A DNA stretch of 35,455 nt, from positions 1 through 35,455 of the IMG/VR virus record IMGVR_UViG_3300046779_001625; one strand, given 5' to 3'. This stretch comes from a virus. Its lineage: Duplodnaviria > Caudoviricetes. Position numbers and translations under genes: made by a program. The notes beneath the pieces were generated by a model, which saw only the letters and a program-made list of their open reading frames with translations, made no database searches and was not told where the DNA came from. Below, piece by piece: positions 1 to 9,868 of the stretch (the first letter of the stretch is position 1; each line of letters starts with the position of its first letter).

Positions 1-1
1 A

Positions 2-934
2 GATGCAAAAAGTTGGCGTAGTGTGCCAGAACAAGTAGTGCCCTATGCAATCGGCTGGATTGTTAGAATGCATACCATGGGGTTGATACTCAACAAAGAC
101 GAAGAACAAAAAGTTCGTAGCACAATTCAAAATCTCCTTGACACTCATAAACCCAGCAAGGCTGCAAAAGAGCCTGAAGAAATAGAACCAACTATCAAGC
201 CCAACATTCAAGATCGTCTTCGTGAAAAAGCTGCCGAAGCTGGTGGTGAACTTGAAGGCATGCTTGATGATTTAATTGCCAGCGGAGTAAAAGTCAGCAG
301 CGAACACAAACCCATTAACATACTACGTGGTTTAAATGTAAGTCCTCAACACATCAGTGTTATCAAAGCACCTTGGCAGCGCCGACGCGACGAGTTGTTT
401 GAAGCAATGGAAGGGTCCGATGCACAGTTAGTCGAAGCTTACGGACACTTTGGTAAAATTCAACTGCGTAACTTGATAAAATTTGCCGATCAAGTATTGG
501 CAGACTGCGACAGTTACATTCAAATCAAGAAAGTAGAACGTAAACCTCGCAAAAAGAAAGCCGTTAGTCCTGAAAAGATCACAGCAAAGTTCAAATATCT
601 CCGAGAGTTTCCTGAGCTCAAACTCACTTCAGAATCCGTGACTAAGTTAGTGGGCGCTAGCGAAGCTTGGTTATACGATACCAAAAAACGTAAACTTATC
701 TATGTTGTAGCTGACACACACATTGGCAATTTTACTGTGAAAAGCTCGGCTCTAATTGGGTTTGACTCAGCTGCGTCAGTTCAAAAAACCCTGCGCAAGC
801 CCGCAGAGCAAATCAAAGCACTGATGGCCGGTGGCGTACCTGCAGCCAGAAAGTATTTCAAAGATATCAAAGCCACAGAAACTAAGTTCAATGGACGAGG
901 CAACGAGAACTTGATACTGCTCAGGGTTCGATAA
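2..934 (+). CDS. Hypothetical phage protein, probably 5'-truncated
   Basis: Frame is open from the window edge (GAT GCA AAA...) through the GTG at 23. Lys-rich C-terminal domain (LVGASEAWLYDTKKRKL...QKTLRKP) resembles conserved T4-like hypotheticals; function not recognised. Confidence 0.6.
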   Translation, partial: DAKSWRSVPEQVVPYAIGWIVRMHTMGLILNKDEEQKVRSTIQNLLDTHKPSKAAKEPEEIEPTIKPNIQDRLREKAAEAGGELEGMLDDLIASGVKVSSEHKPINILRGLNVSPQHISVIKAPWQRRRDELFEAMEGSDAQLVEAYGHFGKIQLRNLIKFADQVLADCDSYIQIKKVERKPRKKKAVSPEKITAKFKYLREFPELKLTSESVTKLVGASEAWLYDTKKRKLIYVVADTHIGNFTVKSSALIGFDSAASVQKTLRKPAEQIKALMAGGVPAARKYFKDIKATETKFNGRGNENLILLRVR

Positions 935-937
935 ATA
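932..937 (+). promoter_or_regulatory. Late-promoter-like TAAATA overlapping the upstream stop codon
   Basis: ATAAATA upstream of the neck gene, followed by a GGAG SD. Matches the core of the T4 late promoter TATAAATA and recurs before many structural genes. Confidence 0.65.
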
Positions 938-955
938 CTTCATACGGAGTATTTT

Positions 956-1726
956 ATGACCAACGAAGTTCAACCTACGCTAGAAAATCTAAAGCAAGAT
1001 CTAATACAATATGTACAGCTTCAGCTTGCTGCTGAAATTATTGATCTTGAACTAGATGCCGAACATTACGAGGCTGCGTATCAAAAAACTTTGGGTGTGT
1101 ATCGTCAACGTGCGCAAGCGGCCTATGAAGAAAGCTACACCTTCATGGAGCTGATCAACAATGTCAACATCTACACATTGCCCCAGGAAATTGTACAAGT
1201 CCGACAAATTTTTCGTAGAACATTTGGTCTAGCAACTGGCCCTTTTAGCTCGGCATTTGATCCGTTCAGCCAGGCACAGATGCAGGTCTATCTGCTGAAC
1301 TTTAATCAGAGTGGCGGATTGGCAACATATGATTTCTATACTCAGTATGTTGAGCTTGCAGCACGTATGTTTGGTGGATTTATAAACTTCACCTGGAATC
1401 CAGTTAGTAAAAAGCTTCAACTTATTCGAGCCCCCAAAGGCGACGGTGAAGTTGTATTGCTTTGGACCTACAATCTCAAACCCGAAATACATCTATTATC
1501 AGACTTCCAAATCAGCCAATGGATCAGAGACTACATGGTAGCTAATTGCAAAATGATCATAGGCGAAGCTCGTGAAAAGTTTGGCACTATTGCTGGACCA
1601 CAGGGAGGTGGTACACTCAATGGCACAGCAATGAAAGCCGAAGCGCAGGCTCAAATGGATGCCAAACTTGAAGAACTCAAAAACTACGTGGATGGCTCGC
1701 AGCCATTGACCTGGGTAATTGGCTAA
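956..1726 (+). CDS. Neck protein (T4 gp13-like)
   Basis: 256 aa. N-terminal L...IIDLELDAEH and C-terminal WIRDY..A.CKMIIGEAREKF..I.GP.GG.TLNG..MKAEA are typical of gp13; lies upstream of sheath and tube. Confidence 0.8.
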   Translation: MTNEVQPTLENLKQDLIQYVQLQLAAEIIDLELDAEHYEAAYQKTLGVYRQRAQAAYEESYTFMELINNVNIYTLPQEIVQVRQIFRRTFGLATGPFSSAFDPFSQAQMQVYLLNFNQSGGLATYDFYTQYVELAARMFGGFINFTWNPVSKKLQLIRAPKGDGEVVLLWTYNLKPEIHLLSDFQISQWIRDYMVANCKMIIGEAREKFGTIAGPQGGGTLNGTAMKAEAQAQMDAKLEELKNYVDGSQPLTWVIG

Positions 1727-1753
1727 TCTTATCAACACTTTGTATTAAATTTC

Positions 1754-1762
1754 TGTTACAAT
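1754..1762 (+). promoter_or_regulatory. Extended -10 promoter (TGnTACAAT)
   Basis: TGTTACAAT ends 6 nt before ATG 1769; no SD or clear -35 seen. Confidence 0.45.
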
Positions 1763-1768
1763 AGTTCA

Positions 1769-2338
1769 ATGGCACATTTAATGATTGACATTGAAACTCT
1801 AGGAACTGCACCAGACACAGTTATTTTAACTGTTGCTGCACAGAGCTTTGACCCGTTAGGCACTGGTTATTATGATTCTAGTTACTATGCTAGAGTGGAC
1901 TTTGAAAGTCAGAACAATCGGTCTATTGAGAACGGTACTTTGGAATGGTGGGCCAATCAAAATTCCGCAGCCAAAGATGAAGCATTTTCCGAAGAAGGAC
2001 GTATTGCACTGCCTGAAGTGCTTGATGCACTAGGCAAACTTATCTGGAAAAGCAGTGTAGTTTGGGCCAATGGACCTACGTTTGATATGACAATACTAGA
2101 AAACGCATACAAAAGCTACAACAAACCTTTGCCCTGGCAATACTACCGAGTACGAGATGCCAGGACCGTTTATAATTTACTAGGCAACGTAACAGCAACA
2201 CATCCGGTGAATCAATTTGAAATCCGCTCAGGGGAACCACATCGACCAGCCAGTCACCATGCATTAGATGATTGTCGCAGACAAATTGATCTACTACAAT
2301 TCACGTTAAAACAATTAAATGTAAAGGGTGTTTCATGA
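1769..2338 (+). CDS. DEDDh 3'-5' exonuclease (DexA/Rv2179c-like)
   Basis: Motifs MIDIETLG (ExoI), WANGPTFD (ExoII), HHALDD (ExoIII). Confidence 0.85.
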   Translation: MAHLMIDIETLGTAPDTVILTVAAQSFDPLGTGYYDSSYYARVDFESQNNRSIENGTLEWWANQNSAAKDEAFSEEGRIALPEVLDALGKLIWKSSVVWANGPTFDMTILENAYKSYNKPLPWQYYRVRDARTVYNLLGNVTATHPVNQFEIRSGEPHRPASHHALDDCRRQIDLLQFTLKQLNVKGVS

Positions 2339-2997
2339 TCGTGGGATTGATAGGATTTATAGGCTCAGGCAAAGATACAGCAGCAGATTATCTTGTTAAT
2401 TTTCATGGATTTCGTAGAGACAGTTTTGCCAATAGTCTCAAAGATGCAGTGAGTCAAGTATTTGGTTGGGATCGCACACTGTTAGAAGGGCGCACCAAAC
2501 AAAGTAGAGAGTGGCGCGAACAAGTAGATCCCTGGTGGGCAGAACGCTTGAACATGCCTACACTAACTCCGCGTTGGGTATTGCAATATTGGGGTACAGA
2601 AGTTTGTCGAGGTGGATTTCACGACGATATTTGGATTGCCAGTTTAGAAAACAAACTGCGTCAAACACAAGATAATATTGTAATCAGCGATGTGCGTTTC
2701 CCTAACGAAATTAAAGCCATTCACAAAGCCGGAGGCAAAGTGTTTAGAATTCGGCGCGGACCCGAACCAGATTGGTACGAATACGCACTGTCAGTGAATC
2801 GTGGCCCTAGGCACATAGGGTGGGCGTTGAGTAAAGATCAAATGGCCAAATTAAAAATTCATCCCAGTGAATGGGCCTGGATTGGCGCTAGAGTTGATGC
2901 TGATTTAGACAATAACGGCACATTTGACTCACTGTTTGAACAGCTCAAAAGTCTGGTTCAAGATCACCCCTACGCCACGGACGCTCCTGACGTTTAA
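2335..2997 (+). CDS. Deoxynucleoside monophosphate kinase (T4 gp1-like)
   Basis: P-loop GFIGSGKDT, SFANSLKD, R.VLQYWGTE, VISDVRFPNE; ATGA overlap with the upstream gene. Confidence 0.9.
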   Translation: MIVGLIGFIGSGKDTAADYLVNFHGFRRDSFANSLKDAVSQVFGWDRTLLEGRTKQSREWREQVDPWWAERLNMPTLTPRWVLQYWGTEVCRGGFHDDIWIASLENKLRQTQDNIVISDVRFPNEIKAIHKAGGKVFRIRRGPEPDWYEYALSVNRGPRHIGWALSKDQMAKLKIHPSEWAWIGARVDADLDNNGTFDSLFEQLKSLVQDHPYATDAPDV

Positions 2998-3292
2998 CTA
3001 CTTCCGCACAGTTTTTGCAAATAGTTCGTAAATTTCTTGGCTCGACATTGTTGAGATTTCCATCAATGTGATATACAAGAGTTTGTGAATTAAATTTACT
3101 TCTAAACCCGCACAAGTCGCATGCGGGTTTTTTCTTATAGCCCTTGAGCTTCCATTGCGGCTCATGCGGCTTTACTTTCTTGCCTTTTCTTATACAGTTA
3201 TCGCATCGACTGCGATAGTGCGTTACTTCTTCTTTTAAATAGTTGACAGCACAGGGTCGCTGTTGACATACTGGGCAAATAGGACGTTTCAT
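2945..3292 (-). CDS. Zn-finger / HNH-like protein
   Basis: CPVC, CDNC, CDLC and HIDGNLNN...NLRTICKNC (HNH core); own TAAATA at 3298-3303 on the minus strand. Confidence 0.7.
   Translation of the reverse strand: MKRPICPVCQQRPCAVNYLKEEVTHYRSRCDNCIRKGKKVKPHEPQWKLKGYKKKPACDLCGFRSKFNSQTLVYHIDGNLNNVEPRNLRTICKNCAEVVKRQERPWRRGDLEPDF
3104..3133 (+). terminator. Intrinsic terminator after the exonuclease-kinase pair
   Basis: AAACCCGCA-caagtcgca-TGCGGGTTT then more T; lies inside the antisense HNH ORF. Confidence 0.55.
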
Positions 3293-3297
3293 AATGT

Positions 3298-3361
3298 TAT
3301 TTACAGCGAACCTTTGCCAAGGGCACCGTAAACGAATGGTTTTTGGTATTTTCGATAAATA
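3298..3361. promoter_or_regulatory. Divergent pair of TAAATA late-type promoters
   Basis: TAAATA on the minus strand at 3298-3303 (HNH gene) and on the plus strand at 3356-3361 (sheath, followed by AAGGA SD). Confidence 0.6.
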
Positions 3362-3388
3362 TTCATAACTTTAAAAGGAACCATCCAA

Positions 3389-6300
3389 ATGGCACTAACA
3401 TCACCTGGCGTACAAGTTACCGTTATAGACGAAAGTAACTATATTCCTGCGGCAACTAACACCGTACCTTATATTCTTATTGCTACTGCACAGAACAAAG
3501 TTTCTGGAGCTGGCACTGGTGTAGCAGCTGGTACATTAGCTGTCAATGCCAATAAAATTTACACAATTACTAGCCAGCGTGACCTGGCTGCAACATTTGG
3601 TGTACCATTCTTCTACAAGACCACAGCAGGTACACCGATCAATGGTTACGAACTAAACGAATACGGATTGATGGCAGCATACTCATGTTTGGGCATCAGC
3701 AATCGTGCCTACGTTCAACGTGTTGACATTGATCTAGCAGAATTAACAGCAACTCTTGTGCGCCCAACTGGCGCTCCAGCTGCGGGGACTTACTGGTTTG
3801 ACACTGCAACAACACAGTGGGGCATTTTTGAATGGAATGTAATTACTGGTGCATTTACTCTCAAGACACCTTTGGTACTCACAAGTTCAACTCAAATTGA
3901 ACCAACACCAAGCACAGTACCACTACAAAGCGTAGGCACTATTGGTGACTATGCTGTAAATGCTACCAATGTCAACAATCCTGTGTACTACAAAAATTCA
4001 GTTAATGAGTGGGTACTTATTGGTAGCGATGCATGGAAATTAAGTTGGCCAACAGCTCAAGGTTCTTCGGCACCTTCGACACTGACCCCAGGTTCGGTGT
4101 TTACTGTAAACAACACACCATTTACAATTCCTTCATCACCAAATAACACAGTTTCATTGTTGGCCACTAGCATTAATAGTGCATCAATTACTGGTGTTAC
4201 AGCAGCTAACGAAAACGGTCGTTTGACAATTTATGCCGATAGTACAGCGACCAGTGATGGTTCTACAGCCAATGGCGGCATTGTAACAATCCTAAATGTC
4301 AGCGGGGTTGCATTAACTGAACTTGGAATTCCTGAAGGATCGTACTATGCTCCTGGTTTCCAACAAACACCAAATTATCAAGTACCGCGCTGGCGTGTCA
4401 CCGACGATGAGCCAAAACCAACTGGTTCAGTATGGAATAAAACTACCTCAGTAAATCAAGGCGCTAATCTAGTAGTCAAAAAGTACAGTGGTACACTGGG
4501 AACTTTTGTAACTCAAAGCTGCGCAATCTACGCCAACGATGAAAGCGCAAACAAAGCACTAGATCCAACTGGCGGTGGTAAAAATATTCCAGTGGGTACT
4601 ACATACGCTCAATACGATGTGTACACTGACAACACATTTACAATAGATTTGTTAGAACGTTCGGCCACTGGTGCAATGGTTGCTACTGGCGAAACAGCAG
4701 ATCCAGTTTTTGTAATAAACACTTCGTTTACAATTTCAGCTAGCGCACCAAACAGCAGCACGTTGACTACTCCAGTGAACGCAACTCTTCTAGGAACAAC
4801 GCCTGCAGATTTTATTGCAGCAGTGAGTGCGGCCAATGTTCCTTATGTCAGTGCTGGTGTTAACTCAGCTGGCCAGATGACTATCAGTCACAGTGCAGGT
4901 GGTGTTGTAGTTGTTGAAGATAACGTTGGTAATCCATTATTGACAGCTGGTTTTGATGCTAGTGCCAATGCTCGAGTACAACCAGATGGCTCATATGTTT
5001 TAAGCAATTGGATTCAACTCGATTACACTGCTAGTGCTACTGAACCAGATCAGAATCCTGCAAATGGACGTCTATGGTACTATTCAACTAGCACCGAAGT
5101 TGATATCATGATCAATGGTAACAATGGGTGGGCAGGTTATCAAACTGTGACTAACGATGTACGTGGTTACAATCTAAGTCTAACCAATGCAGCAGGTCCA
5201 CAATTTGCAACAACCGCACCAACAACACAAAACGACACAGCACAGTCACCATTGGTTTATGGTGATTTGTGGATTGACACGTCAGATCTTGAAAATTATC
5301 CTGTGATCAATCGTTGGGAAAATGTTGACGGTGTTGATCAGTGGGTAACAATTAACAACACTGACCAAACAACTGAAAATGGCGTGTTGTTTGCTGACGC
5401 ACGTTGGGCTACAAATGGTAGCACTGATCCAATCGGCGATCCAATTCCAACAATCAAGAGCTTGTTGACATCAAGTTATTTGGATCTTGACGCACCTGAT
5501 CCTGATCTATATCCAACTGGTATATTGCTGTTCAATACACGTCGTTCAGGCTTTAATGTCAAACGTTTTGCAGTGAATTATTTCAATGCAACAACTTTCC
5601 CTGATCAGACATTGCCAGCAGTGACCAATGCTTGGGTTTCTGCATCAGGCAATAGAAACGACGGTTCAGCGTATATGGGACGATTGGCACAGCGTGCCTT
5701 GATTGTTCAGGCACTGAAATCAGGTATTGATACAAATACTCAGGCCCGTGAAGAACAAATTGACTTCCAATTAATTGCTTGCCCACAGTATCCTGAACTT
5801 GCAGTTAATATGGTTGCATTAAACAACGAGCGCAACAACACTGGTTTTGTTTTAGTTGATACACCTCTACGTCTAAGTCCCGAAGGTACAAACCTTGCAG
5901 TATGGACCACTGACAACAACGGTGAAGGCATTCCAGCAGGTGATGGTTTAACTACTGCAAGTCAGTACATGGCTACATTCTATCCAAGTTGCCAGACCAC
6001 AGATCTAAGTGGCGCAGCAATTGTACAGCCCCCAACACACATGATGCTACGTACATTCATCCGTAACGATGAAGTGGCATTCCCCTGGTTGGCACCAGCT
6101 GGTACACGTCGCGGTCTAGTAGACAACGCAGATAGAATTGGTTATATTGATTCTACCACTGGCGAATTTATTCAAATTGGTGTACGTCAAGGCCTACGCG
6201 ATGAACTGTATACCTTGAATATTAACCCAATCACTGTGGTTCCTGGTGTAGGCATTACAAACTTTGGTAACAAGACATTTACTAGCATCAATTCTGCAAT

Positions 6301-6646
6301 GAATCGCATCAATGTAGCACGTTTGATTGCATTTATTCGTGGACGCTTAGAAACTATTGGTAAGCAGTTCTTGTTTGAACCTAATGATCAAATTACTCGT
6401 GATGAAATTTCTAATTCAGTTGAAAGCTTAATGATTGATTTGATTGCTAAACGTGGTATCTATGACTACCTAGTGGTGTGCGATTTGTCAAACAACACTC
6501 CTGCTTCTATCGATCGCAATGAGCTTTATGTTGACATTGCTATTGAACCAGTCAAAGCTGTTGAATTTATCTATATTCCATTAAGAATTAAGAACACTGG
6601 TGAAATTGCAGCAGGATCAGTAGCTTCGGCACAGGCAGCAGGGTAA
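3389..6646 (+). CDS. Contractile tail sheath protein (gp18-like)
   Basis: N-terminus MALTSPGVQVTVIDES; C-terminal PWLAPAGTRRG, RDELYTLNINPI, GNKT, RINVARL, LFEPND, CDLSNNTP..IDRNEL, PVKAVEFI. Confidence 0.95.
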   Translation: MALTSPGVQVTVIDESNYIPAATNTVPYILIATAQNKVSGAGTGVAAGTLAVNANKIYTITSQRDLAATFGVPFFYKTTAGTPINGYELNEYGLMAAYSCLGISNRAYVQRVDIDLAELTATLVRPTGAPAAGTYWFDTATTQWGIFEWNVITGAFTLKTPLVLTSSTQIEPTPSTVPLQSVGTIGDYAVNATNVNNPVYYKNSVNEWVLIGSDAWKLSWPTAQGSSAPSTLTPGSVFTVNNTPFTIPSSPNNTVSLLATSINSASITGVTAANENGRLTIYADSTATSDGSTANGGIVTILNVSGVALTELGIPEGSYYAPGFQQTPNYQVPRWRVTDDEPKPTGSVWNKTTSVNQGANLVVKKYSGTLGTFVTQSCAIYANDESANKALDPTGGGKNIPVGTTYAQYDVYTDNTFTIDLLERSATGAMVATGETADPVFVINTSFTISASAPNSSTLTTPVNATLLGTTPADFIAAVSAANVPYVSAGVNSAGQMTISHSAGGVVVVEDNVGNPLLTAGFDASANARVQPDGSYVLSNWIQLDYTASATEPDQNPANGRLWYYSTSTEVDIMINGNNGWAGYQTVTNDVRGYNLSLTNAAGPQFATTAPTTQNDTAQSPLVYGDLWIDTSDLENYPVINRWENVDGVDQWVTINNTDQTTENGVLFADARWATNGSTDPIGDPIPTIKSLLTSSYLDLDAPDPDLYPTGILLFNTRRSGFNVKRFAVNYFNATTFPDQTLPAVTNAWVSASGNRNDGSAYMGRLAQRALIVQALKSGIDTNTQAREEQIDFQLIACPQYPELAVNMVALNNERNNTGFVLVDTPLRLSPEGTNLAVWTTDNNGEGIPAGDGLTTASQYMATFYPSCQTTDLSGAAIVQPPTHMMLRTFIRNDEVAFPWLAPAGTRRGLVDNADRIGYIDSTTGEFIQIGVRQGLRDELYTLNINPITVVPGVGITNFGNKTFTSINSAMNRINVARLIAFIRGRLETIGKQFLFEPNDQITRDEISNSVESLMIDLIAKRGIYDYLVVCDLSNNTPASIDRNELYVDIAIEPVKAVEFIYIPLRIKNTGEIAAGSVASAQAAG

Positions 6647-6691
6647 TAATGGGATTTAAAATGACCAAAGATCGCATGGTTCAAAGTGCCA

Positions 6692-6697
6692 TAAATA
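6692..6697 (+). promoter_or_regulatory. Late-promoter-like TAAATA before the tail tube gene
   Basis: ATAAATA then AGGAG SD before ATG 6718. Confidence 0.65.
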
Positions 6698-6717
6698 CTG
6701 TATATAGGAGATAACAC

Positions 6718-7359
6718 ATGGCTGTTTCATCATTGACAAGAATGACAGTGCCTTTAGCAAGCGACCAGAGTTCGCCAACGCAAGGCCTGTTGATGCCAAA
6801 ACTCAAATATCGCTTTAGAGTGATTTTTGAAGGTCTAGGCATTTCTACCCCACGTACCGAACTAACCAAACAGGTTATTGATTTTAAACGTCCAGAAGTT
6901 TCGTTTGAAGAAATCCTAGTTCCGATCTACAACAGCACATTAAAGTTAGCTGGCAAGCACAGCTGGGCCGATGTTACATGTAACCTACGTGATGATGCTG
7001 GTGGTAATGTGCAGAAGCGTGTTGGTGAGCAGCTACAGAAGCAATTAGACTTTATGGAACAGGCTTCGGCAGCAGCAGGTATAGATTACAAATTTACCAC
7101 TCGTTGCGAAGTACTTGATGGTGGCAATGGCAATTCAACTCCGGTTGTGTTAGAAACCTGGGAATTGTATGGTTGCTATCTCAAAGGCGTTAACTACAAT
7201 GACTTAAACTACGGCACAAGCGAAGCTGCAACAATTTCATTAACCATGGCATTTGATAATGCATTACAAACACCCATTGGTTCTGGTGTTGGTGCAACTA
7301 TTGGACGTACAGTTGGTGACGTTATTACTGGTGCATTGACAGGCGCTCCAGCAGCGTAA
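6718..7359 (+). CDS. Tail tube protein (gp19-like)
   Basis: Directly follows the sheath; PKLKYRFRV, KLAGKHSW, WELYGCY...YNDLNY, TISLTMAFDNA fit the tube fold. Confidence 0.85.
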   Translation: MAVSSLTRMTVPLASDQSSPTQGLLMPKLKYRFRVIFEGLGISTPRTELTKQVIDFKRPEVSFEEILVPIYNSTLKLAGKHSWADVTCNLRDDAGGNVQKRVGEQLQKQLDFMEQASAAAGIDYKFTTRCEVLDGGNGNSTPVVLETWELYGCYLKGVNYNDLNYGTSEAATISLTMAFDNALQTPIGSGVGATIGRTVGDVITGALTGAPAA

Positions 7360-7365
7360 CGATAA

Positions 7366-8538
7366 ATGTCATTTGGACAAGACTTCCTGAAGGGATTCGC
7401 TGGTACTGATTCCCTTCGGGACTTTACACATGCCAGCAAAACTTTCAGAACCAATGGCTACGAACTAGCTCCAAGGTTCAAATATCTTTTTCATGTAAGC
7501 TTTACAGTCAACATTGCTCATATTCCACAACTGGGTGGACCCACTGGTGCATTTACCAACACTGATCTGTCAAATCTGGGTTTAGTAGTCAAAAATGTAC
7601 AACTGCCCAGCTATGAAATGGCTGTGAATGAACTCAATCAGTACAATCGCAAACGCCTGGTCCAGACCAAGATAAACTATCAACCTGTACAATTTACATT
7701 TCATGATGACGGCAGCGATTTAATTCGTAATCTTTGGTACAACTATTTCAGCTACTACTACAAAGATCCAAGTCAGACCTATAGTGGCGGAGGAAGCACA
7801 CAAGGCACCAATGGAAATGCTCAAAACACTACCACTGGCTTTGATTACAATGGTCGAGACATCTATGACCAGTATAGACTCGGTAACGATTGGGGATATA
7901 TTGGTGAAAACTATGCTGATCCTAACTCAAATTTAAGCGACGTATCAACTAGTGGTAAGCCACCGTTTTTTAGAGACATAAGAATCTATGGTTTGAATCA
8001 ACACAAGTTTGTTAGCTATGTGATGATTAATCCAATAATTACACAATGGCAACACGACCAATTTGATTACTCTCAGAGCAACGGCACTATGGAACATAAA
8101 ATGACTATCAAGTATGAAACAGTCAAGTACTACAGTGGTGCCATTGGGTCTGGAGCTTATACACCGTTTGATCCTAGAGTGGACAGTGACACCAATGTCA
8201 AAGGCTTCGCTGATCCAAGTCGGTATGATACTGTCCGCAGCCCAATATCGCGTCCTGGATCCACTGCCACTGTGCTTGGACAAGGTGGATTACTTGATAC
8301 TGGTATTGGTATTATTAATGATCTACAGCGAGGCGATATGGCTGGTATTCTTGGTGCAGTACAAAAAGGTGCGACATCATATCAAACATTCAAAGGTGCC
8401 AACCTGAAATCAATAGTTAACGAAGAAGCCAAGACAGCTTTCAAGGACGTTGCCAAACAAGAACTTCCGGGACAGACACGGGCTGTTATCAACAAAGGTA
8501 ACAGTGTGTTCTTCCCAACTCCACCAAGAGGTAGATAA
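7366..8538 (+). CDS. Tube-fold baseplate / tube initiator protein (gp48/gp54-like)
   Basis: PRFKYLFHV (cf. tube PKLKYRFRV), VKNVQLP, YQPVQFTFHDD, MTIKYE; position after the tube gene. Confidence 0.6.
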   Translation: MSFGQDFLKGFAGTDSLRDFTHASKTFRTNGYELAPRFKYLFHVSFTVNIAHIPQLGGPTGAFTNTDLSNLGLVVKNVQLPSYEMAVNELNQYNRKRLVQTKINYQPVQFTFHDDGSDLIRNLWYNYFSYYYKDPSQTYSGGGSTQGTNGNAQNTTTGFDYNGRDIYDQYRLGNDWGYIGENYADPNSNLSDVSTSGKPPFFRDIRIYGLNQHKFVSYVMINPIITQWQHDQFDYSQSNGTMEHKMTIKYETVKYYSGAIGSGAYTPFDPRVDSDTNVKGFADPSRYDTVRSPISRPGSTATVLGQGGLLDTGIGIINDLQRGDMAGILGAVQKGATSYQTFKGANLKSIVNEEAKTAFKDVAKQELPGQTRAVINKGNSVFFPTPPRGR

Positions 8539-8897
8539 TGGCATCAGTAAACATACCCAACGCATCAATAGATCAGACTGTTAAAATCTTTGACAAGTTC
8601 TATACATTTGAACAGATTGTCCCCACAGCTGAATATGATTTAGTTTATAGTTATATGAGGTCGCAATTTCAAACCAGCGAAGCAGCTGGTAATTTTACTG
8701 TGAGCTTATTCAGAATAGCACAAGAAAGTGGTATTCCTGTGCTGGACTTACTTCAAGAAATTCAACGCTACAGTCAACCAGAACTCACATCAGTGTTGGC
8801 ATATTATCTCAATGGACTTCAGAGCAGTACAACACTTTATGGAGTGCAAAGTGTGGTGCTACCAAATTACTACGTGGCTAGAAATGTATTGGCATGA
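8538..8897 (+). CDS. Hypothetical protein, possibly structural
   Basis: 119-aa ORF coupled by stop/start overlaps on both sides. Confidence 0.6.
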   Translation: MASVNIPNASIDQTVKIFDKFYTFEQIVPTAEYDLVYSYMRSQFQTSEAAGNFTVSLFRIAQESGIPVLDLLQEIQRYSQPELTSVLAYYLNGLQSSTTLYGVQSVVLPNYYVARNVLA

Positions 8898-9325
8898 GTC
8901 GCTGGGCACAGGGATTATTTGAAGTTCGCAATCCGCAAAAATACGTGGGCAAATCTAAACCACGGTATCGCAGCGGTTGGGAATTTGCATTCATGCAGTT
9001 CTGTGATAATAATGACTCTATCATAAACTGGGCTAGCGAAAGCATTCACATTCCTTATCGTAATCCTCTCACAGGTAAAAACACAATTTATGTGCCTGAT
9101 TTTTTTATTGTCTATCGCACAAAAAATAACAAACTTTGTGCCGAAGTCATTGAGATCAAACCTAAAAAACAAAGCGTAATTGAAAGTAAACAAAGTCAGC
9201 GAGATCGTGCTGCTGTAGCAGTTAACCATGCCAAATGGGACGCTGCAACCAAGTGGTGCCGAAATCAAGGTTTGATCTTTAGAGTTATCACTGAAGATCA
9301 GATGTTTCACAACGGAGCCAAATAA
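8894..9325 (+). CDS. Head completion nuclease (T4 gp4-like, TnsA-like PD-(D/E)XK)
   Basis: NPQKYVG, YRSGWE, WASE, YVPDF, EIKP, N.AKW.AA..WC, FRVITE. Confidence 0.9.
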   Translation: MSRWAQGLFEVRNPQKYVGKSKPRYRSGWEFAFMQFCDNNDSIINWASESIHIPYRNPLTGKNTIYVPDFFIVYRTKNNKLCAEVIEIKPKKQSVIESKQSQRDRAAVAVNHAKWDAATKWCRNQGLIFRVITEDQMFHNGAK

Positions 9326-9346
9326 CCGCCATTAGAAAAATTGCGG

Positions 9347-9352
9347 TAAATA
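9347..9352 (+). promoter_or_regulatory. Late-promoter-like TAAATA
   Basis: GTAAATA 4 nt before ATG 9357, with no room for an SD. Confidence 0.55.
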
Positions 9353-9356
9353 TGGT

Positions 9357-9848
9357 ATGACCCGTAAATTAGAGGAACTCTTTGATCTTGCCAGTTCTGC
9401 ATCAGCAGACTCTGGTGATACATTAACTACCACTCAGCCTGATCTGGCAATTATTCCCGAATCTTTAGATCAACTTGATAAAATTGAAGCTGCACTGCCT
9501 GCTGTACGTGGACTAGAAGCTACAGACAAAGAGATGGATGAGCTTGCTCAGAATGCCTCAGACAGCTACAAGGATCTCATGGATCTTGGTATGCAGGTTG
9601 ATTCAAGATTTGCATCAGAAATTTTTTCTGTGGCTAGCCAAATGCTAGGACATGCAATCACAGCAAAAAATGCCAAGGTCATGAAAAAGCTGAAAATAAT
9701 TGACCTCCAGCTAAAAAAACTCAAATTAGATCGCGATGCTGCCAATGCATCAGGAACGCCTACTCCCACAGCCGAAGGCCAAGTACTGGATCGTAATGCA
9801 TTGTTAGAGCGTGTTTTGGGCAAGAATCAAAACACACAAAAAGAATAA
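9357..9848 (+). CDS. Putative terminase small subunit (gp16-like)
   Basis: 163 aa, central two-helix/coiled-coil pattern and short C-terminal strand-helix (GQVLDRNALLERV) like T4-type TerS. Inference from architecture and context only. Confidence 0.4.
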   Translation: MTRKLEELFDLASSASADSGDTLTTTQPDLAIIPESLDQLDKIEAALPAVRGLEATDKEMDELAQNASDSYKDLMDLGMQVDSRFASEIFSVASQMLGHAITAKNAKVMKKLKIIDLQLKKLKLDRDAANASGTPTPTAEGQVLDRNALLERVLGKNQNTQKE

Positions 9849-9868
9849 ATATGATATAGGACACTACC

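Noticed and set aside
8894-9325. TnsA-like nuclease as evidence of a Tn7-like transposon
   Set aside because: No TnsB/TnsC or terminal repeats; sequence and context fit the gp4 head completion protein.
9325-9347. ACCGC...GCGGT inverted repeat before the TAAATA
   Set aside because: Only a 5-bp stem with a long loop and no U-tract; too weak to call.
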